DNA of 64,000 nt, from assembly GCF_964355755.1 (NCBI RefSeq), contig NC_092673.1, forward strand, positions 28,579,648 to 28,643,647, read 5' to 3'. The translations under genes and the position numbers were made by a program. This DNA is from Antedon mediterranea (Eukaryota > Animalia > Echinodermata). This document shows, one piece after another, positions 55,101 through 64,000 of this stretch (position 1 is the stretch's first letter; each line of letters begins with the position of its first letter). The notes below the pieces were generated by a model that saw only the letters and a list, made by a program, of their open reading frames with translations, searched no databases and had not been told where the DNA came from.

Positions 55101-58100
55101 CATTCGGGTCGATAGATTCATTCGCAAGGTCATTCCTTCTTTGTTCTTGTTCCTTTAAATTGTCTTTCATAGAACGATTGATGGTCTGGAAAAAAACCAT
55201 AAACATGTTGGTTTTGGCTCAACTAGAGCAATAGGTTGACAACAATTAAAGTAAATGGAGAGAGACAAGCCATAGGCTCTACATCTATAACCAAATGTTT
55301 TAGACCTTGGCTAAATTATTCACATTCTCCTTCAGCATAAAATCAGGTGCTTTAAGCTCTGTCTACACTATCAAACTAGCTTAACAAAACAAGTGAAACA
55401 TGCCCAAATATGGTAGTGATATCCCCAATATCCTTGTGTCCATATAGGGATAGTTTTTTTTGATAGTGTAGACAGAGCTTTATAAGCACATACATTTTTG
55501 ACATTTACGACTGAGGGTAGGACAACCTTAAGCTCTGTTTACACTATCAACATTTATGTAACAAAAAGAATGTGATTTGCCCATATATGGACATGAAGAT
55601 GATGCACATCACACTCTTTGTGTCAAACTTGCTTTTCTAGGTTGGTATAAATAGTGTAATCTATGACCGTCGTAGTAATCAATCACACAGAGACTTGACA
55701 TACAGTTACAAATACAACGCTTTATTGGGTTGTTCCAACATAACAGTCTAAAACACCCACAAGGTCTCATTCTGAACACCCTCTATAGAGTCATGTTCAC
55801 TTGTAGGGTTACAATAGTACAACTATCAGCATAAAGAAACAGAGATATGCAAACTAGCCTGGAAGCCTCTTACCTGTAGTGCACCAAGTTGATCAACCAG
55901 TCTGTGATAGTCTTGCTCTCTGGCTTCATTTGCATCTTTGTATTGTTTTAACTTGTCTTTTTCTGATTCTACTTCATCCTCCAAAGCGTGAATTTCATCC
56001 TGAAATATAAATATATATATATTCTTTTTACTTGTATAGCACTTGGTTTGTTTGTATGTTAGCACGATAGCGCCTACAATTACTTACAGAACATGCATCG
56101 GTTCATTGATAACTTCACAAATAAAACAAATAAATATCAACATACACCCTCTTAGCAACATCTTACTTCAAGTACTTCACTCAGTTTCTGGGTGTTTTTT
56201 GTGTTTCTTTTGTGGTCACTTATTGTTCAATGGTTAGGCTAGATTTATTCCGCTACACCATGCAGCTGCTATGCCTCACAGCTCAATCCACTACACCATG
56301 CAGCTGCTATGCCTCAAAGCTCAATCCACTACACCATGCAGCTGCTATGCCTCACGGCTCAATCCACTACACCATGCAGCTGCTATGCCTCACAGCTCAA
56401 GTGTGATTATTATTGCTGCTTGGGTTAGGTTTCCCATAGAACATTGTATATGCTCTTTTATTGCAATAGACATATTTATTAACTGGTATATCAAATTAAA
56501 TTGGATTTATTTACCTCCGCCTTTGTATCCCTTCCAGAGAGTTCAGCCTTCAACCTCTCATTATCATTTTGAGATCTTTTCAATTTCTTCTCAAGATCTG
56601 GTATATATTGGCTTGTTTCCAACATTGACTTTTGTAGGCTATTATTGTCTTGTTGTAACTCTGCCAAACTTGCTTCTAGATCATCCACATACTGCAGGGT
56701 AAATATGTCATTTCATTTATTCATGATTAAACACATAAAAATGAGTTAAAAAGGATAACAATTGGTAAATTAAAGATAAAATACATTGTTTATGATACCC
56801 AAAAAAAATATAATAATAAAAAATAAAAAATTAGGTATATAAATATGGTTATATGCTGCAACTTACGCTTTGTATGTGTTCATTTTAAAATCATTCATAT
56901 TATACTGTAATATAACATATTACTTTAGTACAGTACAGTTAATGTATTGATTATTATTATAAATCATGAAGAGAAGAATTAACTTGGCTGAAGAATGGCT
57001 CTAATCTAACTTTGTAATCCGATTAATTTCTGTTTTTCTACATGCAAAATAGAAAAAAGCGAGGAAAATACAAGGCAAATGAAAGCACAAAAACTAAATT
57101 TTTTTTTTCTTTGGTAAAAATAAGAAATATTTCTATTTCTCTAATACCTGGATTTTTTATAATGCAAGATCTGAAATTGGTGTGAAATAAATTAATAATA
57201 AAACCTTTTGTTTTTGTTTTGCTTGATGTTTTTCAGCTTCCAATTCTTGCTTTAATTGTTCAGCCTGTTCTAACTCTTGTATCAATGCATCTTTTTCTTG
57301 ATGTAGTAGTTGGTTATCTCTTTGGCATTCTTCTGCCTGCTTCTTCACCCTCTCCAAATAATCTGTCAAACCTCCTACAACATTTTCTAAATCTTCTTTC
57401 AGTTCATCATTCATATCTGCTTGACCTATAAAAAAAGAGAATAGTATTTTACTGCAGTAATTATTAGTAATAATGCAGTTCTTGTAATGTTTCTAATTAT
57501 TTTATGTAGTCTTACCAAAAACAAGTTGTTCTTCTATATTTTTTAAGGCTTCAGTCTCCTTGGCGATTTTTGCTAGCATTCTATCCATGTCACGCTTCAG
57601 TTGCTCGTGGTCATCAACTGTCCTTTCAACAGATCCTATCTGTTGTTTAAGGGCAGCTTCAATATTGGCCTACAAGAAGAAAGGTAAATCATATGATATC
57701 AACTGTCCTTCTAACAGATCCTATCTGAACATAAATCTCAGTTTATTTCTACAGAAAAATATTATACATTAGAATTTTCTTACTTAGAAAGGAAGAACGG
57801 CAGAGCTGGAAAATAGTTTGGCTCTAACTTCTATTGAGTCTATATCTTAAGATCTGTCTACACTATCAAACTACTTTGACAAAAAAAGTGTGATGTACCA
57901 AAATATGGTACTGTAGTGATATGTCATGTCCATATATGAGCACATCACATCACATCACCTAAAAATTGATAGTGTAGACAGAGCTTTGCTGATACATTCA
58001 GATAAAATCTTTAAATAGTAGGCTTTCATGAGTTGGTTTTTCTGCTTATATTTCTGCTAAATTATCAATTGTTGGAATATTAAATTCTAATGTACTCACA

Positions 58101-61100
58101 TGCTTTGGGTCGTCTTTAACAACTTTATCCAATTGGCGCTTCAGCTGAGCCATCTGTCTTTCTTTTTGATGTATGATGTCATTGGTTCGATCCATGTCTT
58201 GCTCAATTCTTATCACTTGTTCTCGCAATTGGTTGATGGCAGCCATTTTGTCAGCTAGTTGATTCTGGAGGACTATTTTTTGTTCTGCAGGCATCTGTAA
58301 AATATGAATTTTTAAAACATTTTCTGCCACAAATGATTTTGGCTGGGACCAATGTTTTAATGTCATAATACAGAATATCTAAGTGGTGGATAAACTTACA
58401 CTAGCTAGTTTAACAAACACTAGCTGGTTTAACTTACACTAGCTGGTTTAACATACACTAGCTGGTTTAACTTACACTAGCTGGTTTAAAACACTATTTG
58501 GTTTAACTTACACTAGCTGGTTTGACCTTTGATATGTTTTTCAGCTCTTCAGAAGCTGTAAGTACTTGTTGTTCTGTTTTCCTCAGGCTATCTTGCAACT
58601 TCTCAAGTCTAGATTCAGCTGTAAAACACAAGTAATGTATTTCATTGTTCAGAGTCCTGTCTACACTACCAAATTTTATGTGAAAAAACCGATGTGATGT
58701 GCCCATATATGGACTACCATATTAGAGCATATCACTACCATATTTGGGCACATTAAACTTTTGTTGTCAAACTAGTTTGATAGTGTAGACAGAGCTTTAG
58801 AGACATGAGCATACATTGCATAGTAAGATCACAACTTTGCACTGTTTACTAGCTGCATTACTGGAGCATGTTCCATATACGTGTTTGATCCAAAGATGAC
58901 CAGGGTAATGAAATGTACACCGCTTAGAGGTTTCACAACATTAAGTGCTTTAAAAATCCAGGATATTACTATCACTATTATTATTATTACAGTAACTAAT
59001 ACATGACAGTACTGACAAGATGCTCATAATCTAAAGACATACAATCTCAGTAAAGCATCATTTGAGCTGTATCAGTACAAGATGCTTGTATTCTAATTTA
59101 ATTCAAAGTCTCATTACTGATTTTTTTTATTCTACTTTCTGTGATTTTATTTATGTACATAACTTCTATGTCTGCTTAGTCAAATGATTCAAATTTTGAT
59201 AACCTACTACAGTAGTTCCTTGGTCATTAATATGTGACAAACTAAATAATAATAACAAAACTCACCTCTTTCAATCTGTCTTTGCTTTTCTGCCAACCTG
59301 TCATCGGTAACTTGGTGCAACTGTTGTTCAATCTTTGCTTTCTCCTCACTCATCTCACGAGGTGCTTGCATCATTCGTATCTGTCGCCCTCTAGCTTTGA
59401 TCACTCCCTCTCCAGCATAAGCATTGCGCTTGAAGATTGCTTTGCCTAAATACGCTGCTTCCTCGGTTCCACCATCTTCTGTTTCGTTGTTTATCTGTTG
59501 ATTGAAACCTTGTTATTAGTGTATACAGGATTTTATGAACAATTTAAAAAATTATACTTAAATAAAGTATACTATTAGCTAGTGGTCTTTTAACAAAACT
59601 GCTAAAGTAAAAGGGTCCTAATTTAATGACAATGAGTTACCTAACTAAAATACCTTAACCGTAAACTATTAGTTAAAAACCTCTATTGACATGTATAACA
59701 CTTACAGGTGTAAATTAGGTTTTATGTGAGTGAATACAACAGACATTTGTTGTCTTGTTTCTTAATGTGATGTGCCCAAATATAGTAGTTACATGCTCAA
59801 ATATGGTAGTGATATGACATCATCATGTCCATATACATGTCACATAAACTTTGATAGTATAGACAGAGCTTCAGCTTATTTCTCCATAATTTAAGTATAC
59901 TACTACCTCAGGATATGGGCCAAGAGGGTCAAACTTGTGATCTATTTTGTAGAACGCCAGCTCTTGCTCCAGCCTGTATTGCTTCTCGCAAGCCTTTGTC
60001 AGCTCTGCTGTTTTTCTCCTCAGCTAGATAAATAAAACATTGAAATAAATAACTAAAGCATGCTATATGCTTTCTTGTACAATCAAAGTAAACATGTTTA
60101 TATTAGTGAATTGTAGTGAACTACACTACAGAACATAAATAAATAAATTAAGCGCATGTGAGTACAGTGTACCTGTACTACTGAAGTTACAGATGTATAG
60201 TAAGCATTTGTGATGTCATCGATATAGAAATGTCAAGCTGGTGTATCCAGTATACATAGCTGTTTGGCAAGAAGATGAATAGGACAATTGTGGACGTTAT
60301 TTTGCATACTAACACAACATATATACAAAGCAAGTGATATATACTTGGCAAATGCATGCAAAGCATTTTAACCGATCCTGCCCTGCACATAGTCTGACAT
60401 AACTAAAGGGGAAGAGGGTGGTGGGGGTGAGAGGGTGGTGGGGGTTTGAGAGGGTGGTGGGGTTTTGAGAGGGTGGTGGGGTCTTGAGAGGGTGGTGGGG
60501 GTGAGAGGGTGGTGGGGGTGAGAGGGTGGTGGGGGTGAGAGGGTGGTGGGGTTTTGAGAGGGTGAGAGGGTGGTGGGGGTGAGAGGGTGGTGGGGGTTTG
60601 AGAGGGTGGTGGGGTTTTGAGAGGGTGGTGGGGTTTTGAGAGGGTGGTGGGGGTGAGAGGGTGAGAGGGTGGTGGGGGTGAGAGTGGTGGTGGGGGTTTG
60701 AGAGGGTGGTGGGGTTTTGAGAGGGTGGTGGGGTCTTGAGAGGGTGGTGGGGGTGAGAGGGTGGTGGGGGTGAGAGGGTGGTGGGGGTGAGAGGGTGGTG
60801 GGGTTTTGAGAGGGTGAGAGGGTGGTGGGGGTGAGAGGGTGGTGGGGGTTTGAGAGGGTGGTGGGGTTTTGAGAGGGTGGTGGGGGTGAGAGGGTGGTGG
60901 GGGTGAGAGTGAGAGGGTGGTGGGGGTGAGAGGGTGGTGGGGGTGAGAGGGTGGTGGGGGTGAGAGGGTGGTGGGGGTGAGAGGGTGGTGGGGGTTTGAG
61001 AGGGTGGTGGGGGTTTGAGAGGGTGGTGGGGTTTTGAGAGGGTGGTGGGGTTTTGAGAGGGTGGTGGGGTTTTGAGAGGGTGGTTGGGGTGAGAGGGTGG

Positions 61101-64000
61101 TGGGTTTTGAGAGGGTGGTGGGGGTGAGAGGGTGGTGGGGGTGAGAGGGTGGTGGGGTTTTGAGAAGGTGGTGGGGTTTTGAGAAGGTGGTGGGGTTTTG
61201 AGAAGGTGGTGAGGGTGAGAGGGTGGTGGGGTGAGAGGGTGGTGAGGGTGGTGAGGGTGAGAGGGTGGTGGGGGTGAGAGGGTGGTGGGGGTGAGAGGGT
61301 GGTGGGGGTGAGAGGGTGGTGGGGGTGAGAGGGTGGTGGGGGTGAGAGGGTGGTGGGGGTGAGAAGGTGGTGGGGGTGAGAGGGTGGTGGGGGTGAGAGG
61401 GTGGTGGGGGTGAGAGGGTGGTGGGGGTGAGAGGGTGGTGGTCGTGAGAGGGTGGTGGGGTGAGAGGGTGGAGCAAACGATAAGCATACCAGTTCATTTT
61501 TTGTTTCTATTTCCCTTTCTAACTCTTTCATTGCATTCTTCTGTTCTGTATTCCTGTGTTCTAACTGTGTTCCATATTTGTCTTTTCTCTTCATCTCTTC
61601 TTCTGTTCTTGACTGATTTAATTCCAGGTTTTTTATCTTTTCATTATCTTTATTTATCTGTATTTCTAAATTCTCAAGTTCCTCTGAAAATTAAAATTAA
61701 ATATCATAAAATAAACTTATTTCAATCCTTACAATGTAGGACTGGCATATGACAAGCATCAGTTCTAAACGGTCATATTGCCATATATTTTTTAAACATT
61801 TCATATGCATCCAACAGCGACTAACACGCCAAATACAGGATGGATAAACTAAATTATATAATTTATCGGGCTTATAAACTAAGTCTCATTTGAGGCTTAG
61901 GGAGTAGAGTTGAAAGAGTCGTGAGTTACAATCCTGGCACTAGAGTAGGTCAGGATTGAAAGCAAGCATGTTAACCACCAAGCTACAGCTCTACTACATA
62001 TATATATACGTGTGTACAATTGAGGGACTAGTGTTGTTTTCCGCCGTACCAGTCACTAGTCACTATCCAATCGAGTTTGAACAATACCATGAAAGCCCCA
62101 GTGGTCTAATGGTTAGAACATATGCATATCAAGCAGACGGTTCCGGGTTTGAATCTCGGTTGGGTCAACTTTTTCTCATTATCACAGATTTCCTCATCTT
62201 ATCGTTCTAAATTAATTAATAAATATTCAAAATTTACCTTTTTGGAATCTTTCGTCAGCTTTTATGCGATCATCATGTGTAATTTGTACACCATTCAAAA
62301 TCTCCAAAGAACGTAACTGGAAGACTATATACTGATGATAGTGAGCCAGCTCACACAATGGGTTCTGTTCTATTGACAATTGAGTTAGGTCTCGCATTAC
62401 ACGTAGATGACCTATATCATGCAGCTAAAATGAAAAACAATATTTATTTTATTTAGAGGATTACTGCAAAAACAAAGTATATATTTTCAGTTTACTGTAA
62501 GATCATGAATATCTCAGGATGAGAAAATAGGGGGAGGATAATAATAAAGAGTGTGTCAACATTAGGATTGTAATCAGGGTTAAAACAGAAATGTATCTAA
62601 ATAAAATCAATCTCATTATTCATCTCATATAAAAAATCAATACACATACCAACAATGAATAAAACAAATTGAAGTTGCAAAGGACCTCCCAGGAAACCCC
62701 AACGGGGCTTGTGATAGAAGGCCCACTAAAAACTAGTTGCATTAAGACAATAAAATAAATAAATAAAAAAGCCTGTATCTAGTAATTGTATAATGTAGTA
62801 CTGTATTATTTGCATACTTTCAATTCAAATTAGTGGTAATTTGTTTGTTTAATAATCTTGCTTTCACATATTATTAATGTTAATTCTACATACTAAACCA
62901 ATCAATAAAAAATCAATGCTTAACACTTTCAAGGATTTTTTAAAAATGATATTTTCCTATCTATTATTTTTAGAATATTTAACAATATAATTGAAATAAA
63001 AAGGATGTCCAAAAACGAGATTGTAGAAAGTTTGGCCACCTAAAAACATTTTTAAAGATGTTAAAGTATACAAACATGACATGAATACTACATATAAAAA
63101 AGTAGTACATAATATCATTTTAGCTGTCAAGGGAGGAAGCGAGCACAGAATTAGAGTACAGTATATAGTGAAACCTGTCTTACTGAGAATAGTAGATTTC
63201 TTCCTAGCCGAAGAACTCTAAGACTTTTAAGCCTTTTTCCTAGCCATATTGGGATGCTTTCAATTAGGTTCCCAGTAAGGTTCAGCTTCTGTAGTCCAAC
63301 CAACGTCGCAAGGCCTTCAATATGCGTGATGCAGTTAAAGCTAAGATCTAGCTCCCTCAGTCTTGTCAGTTTATCCAAACGTTCAATCTTGGCAATCTGG
63401 TTACAACTGAGGCTTAACACTTCAAGGTGCCGGCATTTTTCCAGGTTCTCTATATACTTTTTATTTAACAAGATATAAATATTTCTCAAGTGATTACCAA
63501 AAACTAGACATAAAATACTATATATATAGTAGGCTTACATTTATATACTATAGTTTATTTAAACAATTTTTAATATTAAAAGTACAGTTTGTGGTACAAA
63601 AAAGAACTTGAACAAAATTGGTTGATGATTGTTATGCACCTAATATTTTCTTTAATGGAGCACTGTATATCAAGACATTTTCAATTGTACTTTAGTTTCT
63701 TTTAGAAAAAACATGGCACACTGCAAACATTATTGTACTTTACTATTTTTATCTGCCATGCAAACATTTAACAATTTATTAAATAAATTTGTTACTGTGA
63801 GTAACATTTTTTTCTCCAATGTGAGAAAATATTTTAGAAGAAGACTCACAAAGGCAGACAATTTAAGATTTAATCAAATATGTTAAATATGCATTGTTAT
63901 ACCTTAAACCTTTTTCCGCCTTCATGATGAAGGTTAAGTTTCAGTGTAGTCACCCAGGCTACATTTTCTTTCCCCGAAACCTTTTTGATTAAATTCTCTG
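34110..64000 (-). CDS. CNTRL: Centriolin (CEP110); ~40 exons in the window, 5' end beyond position 64000, stop TAA at 34110-34112
   Basis: N-terminal LRR exons (63903-64000 ENLIKKVSGKENVAWVTTLKLNLHHEGGKRFK; 63184-63456 YIENLEKCRHLEVLSLSCNQIAKIERLDKL...IPIWLGKRLKSLRVL) resemble centriolin. The FCNVPEHHDL motif is at ~49204-49235. Many coiled-coil exons have GT-AG ends (approx. 58100-58294, 57204-57426, 54919-55185, 42174-42445, 40698-41006, 38625-38941, 34110-34283). Confidence 0.9.
35005..35288. mobile_element. Tc1/mariner-pogo-like MITE with TA flanks
   Basis: TA|CAGTAGA...TCTACTG|TA ends; internal tandem GGCGTGTCCCCTCAATA repeats. Confidence 0.65.
35626..35820 (-). mobile_element. tRNA-derived SINE (related copies ~39070-39281, ~61800-61991, diverged ~40390-40580)
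   Basis: Minus-strand head GGAGCTGTAGCTTGGTGGTTAAC (A box)...GGTTAAATCC (B-box-like). The body TACAGGATGGATAAACT...TAAACTAAGTCTCATTT is shared between copies. Confidence 0.75.
38025..38180. repeat. Local tandem duplication of ~100 bp
   Basis: AAAATAGTGCGGTTGGATATG...GAATTAAACCAT occurs twice in tandem; the second copy continues to ~38223. Confidence 0.7.
42899..46540 (-). mobile_element. CR1/L2-group non-LTR retrotransposon in a CNTRL intron, with an internal RT deletion
   Basis: One long ORF (2A-like, PHD, APE, RT) and a 3' end AATAAATGAAAGAAAGAAAGAAAAAA at ~42899-42925. The 5' boundary is approximate and no TSD was found. Confidence 0.9.
43209..45990 (-). pseudogene. LINE polyprotein (2A-like peptide, PHD finger, AP endonuclease, truncated reverse transcriptase)
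   Basis: GDIESNPGP; CGKC...CDECNKWTHIKC...CVEC; HLNTRS, ISETW, GTCYRPP, GDFN, LDHIL, SDH; GNYRPISIL, QSGFR, DLKKAFDTVDH. The frame then jumps at ~43510 into the C-terminal tail (TFYFNAIREWNNLP); the YADD region is absent. Confidence 0.9.
46617..47890. repeat. 17-bp minisatellite (GGTGACACCCATATTCT)n expanded inside a pogo-like MITE
   Basis: About 1 kb of 17-bp units at 46636-47640, degenerating to ~47845. Bounded by TACAGTGG...GGGACACCC and GGTGTCCACTTAACAGGGTT, which resemble the 35005-35288 MITE family. Confidence 0.85.
48913..49066. mobile_element. MITE of the AGCTCTGTCTACAC-TIR family
   Basis: AGCTCTGTCTATACTATGAAAC...GTTTGATAGTGTAGACAGAGCT. Confidence 0.8.
50315..50646. repeat. Degenerate (GAT)n microsatellite
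   Basis: Run of GAT/AAT/GTT triplets. A smaller similar run lies at 42535-42648. Confidence 0.95.
52441..52562. mobile_element. MITE of the AGCTCTGTCTACAC-TIR family
   Basis: TCTACACTATCAAAC...TTTGATAGTGTAGACAGAGCT. Confidence 0.75.
52658..53930. mobile_element. Non-autonomous hAT-like DNA transposon with a 5-bp TSD (hAT5-like)
   Basis: TIR CAGTGGCGGATCTAG...CTGGATCCGCCCCTG. CAGAA is duplicated at 52653-52657 and 53931-53935. Subterminal TACGCCCCCC motifs at both ends. Confidence 0.8.
55355..55479. mobile_element. MITE of the AGCTCTGTCTACAC-TIR family
   Basis: Perfect TIR AGCTCTGTCTACACTATCAAA/TTTGATAGTGTAGACAGAGCT. Confidence 0.85.
56253..56400. repeat. ~38-bp tandem repeat, ~4 copies
   Basis: CTACACCATGCAGCTGCTATGCCTCACAGCTCAATCCA repeated. 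Confidence 0.9.
57850..57985. mobile_element. MITE of the AGCTCTGTCTACAC-TIR family (further copies at 58653-58796; partial copies near 24917, 27488, 28583, 34323, 55530, 59765)
   Basis: AGATCTGTCTACACTATCAAAC...TTGATAGTGTAGACAGAGCT. Confidence 0.8.
60412..61470. repeat. G-rich 17-19-bp minisatellite (GAGAGGGTGGTGGGGGT)n
   Basis: About 1.06 kb of near-identical G-run units, starting ~20 bp into the intron after a CNTRL exon. Confidence 0.97.
62095..62167 (+). pseudogene. tRNA-like sequence (pseudo-tRNA or SINE head)
   Basis: 73 nt with A box TGGTCTAATGG, T arm CCGGG-TTTGAAT-CTCGG and an imperfect acceptor stem GCCCCAG/TTGGGTC. Mismatched D and anticodon stems, a non-canonical T loop, and a downstream T run. 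Confidence 0.5.

Noticed and set aside
60309-61594. Pro/His-rich extensin-like ORFs of 364-408 aa
   Set aside because: All three minus frames are open because the repeat lacks stops. Only the first part (to ~61490) is a real CNTRL exon, ending at a GT donor.
62095-62167. Functional tRNA gene
   Set aside because: Mismatches in the acceptor, D and anticodon stems and TTTGAAT in place of TTCGAAT; kept only as a pseudo-tRNA or SINE head.

Overview
AT-rich, intron-rich animal genomic DNA, probably an invertebrate deuterostome or echinoderm-like (inference only). Host genes: the 3' part of FBXO38 (+, 57-7333), an intronless class A GPCR (-), a complete RABGGTB (-, 9 coding exons, 332 aa) and most of centriolin CNTRL (-, 34110 to beyond the window end). 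Introns hold MITEs, tRNA-derived SINEs, mini/microsatellites and an internally deleted CR1/L2-group LINE with a 2A-like peptide. The standout is a head-to-tail dimer of a 7544-bp element (8620-23708). Each copy encodes an intact 8-exon, 1251-aa putative DDE transposase (D...D...DxxH...E plus Zn-finger motifs). The dimer has no clear TIR or TSD and sits on the symmetry axis of a palindrome (CTGTACTA|TAGTACAG) within an array of nested-hairpin repeats. The element's right end regenerates that palindrome. Its non-coding end carries a diverged ~87-bp copy of the target site beside a ~500-bp cluster of hairpins. This is a candidate self-targeting or guide-directed eukaryotic transposon (hypothesis, not demonstrated).
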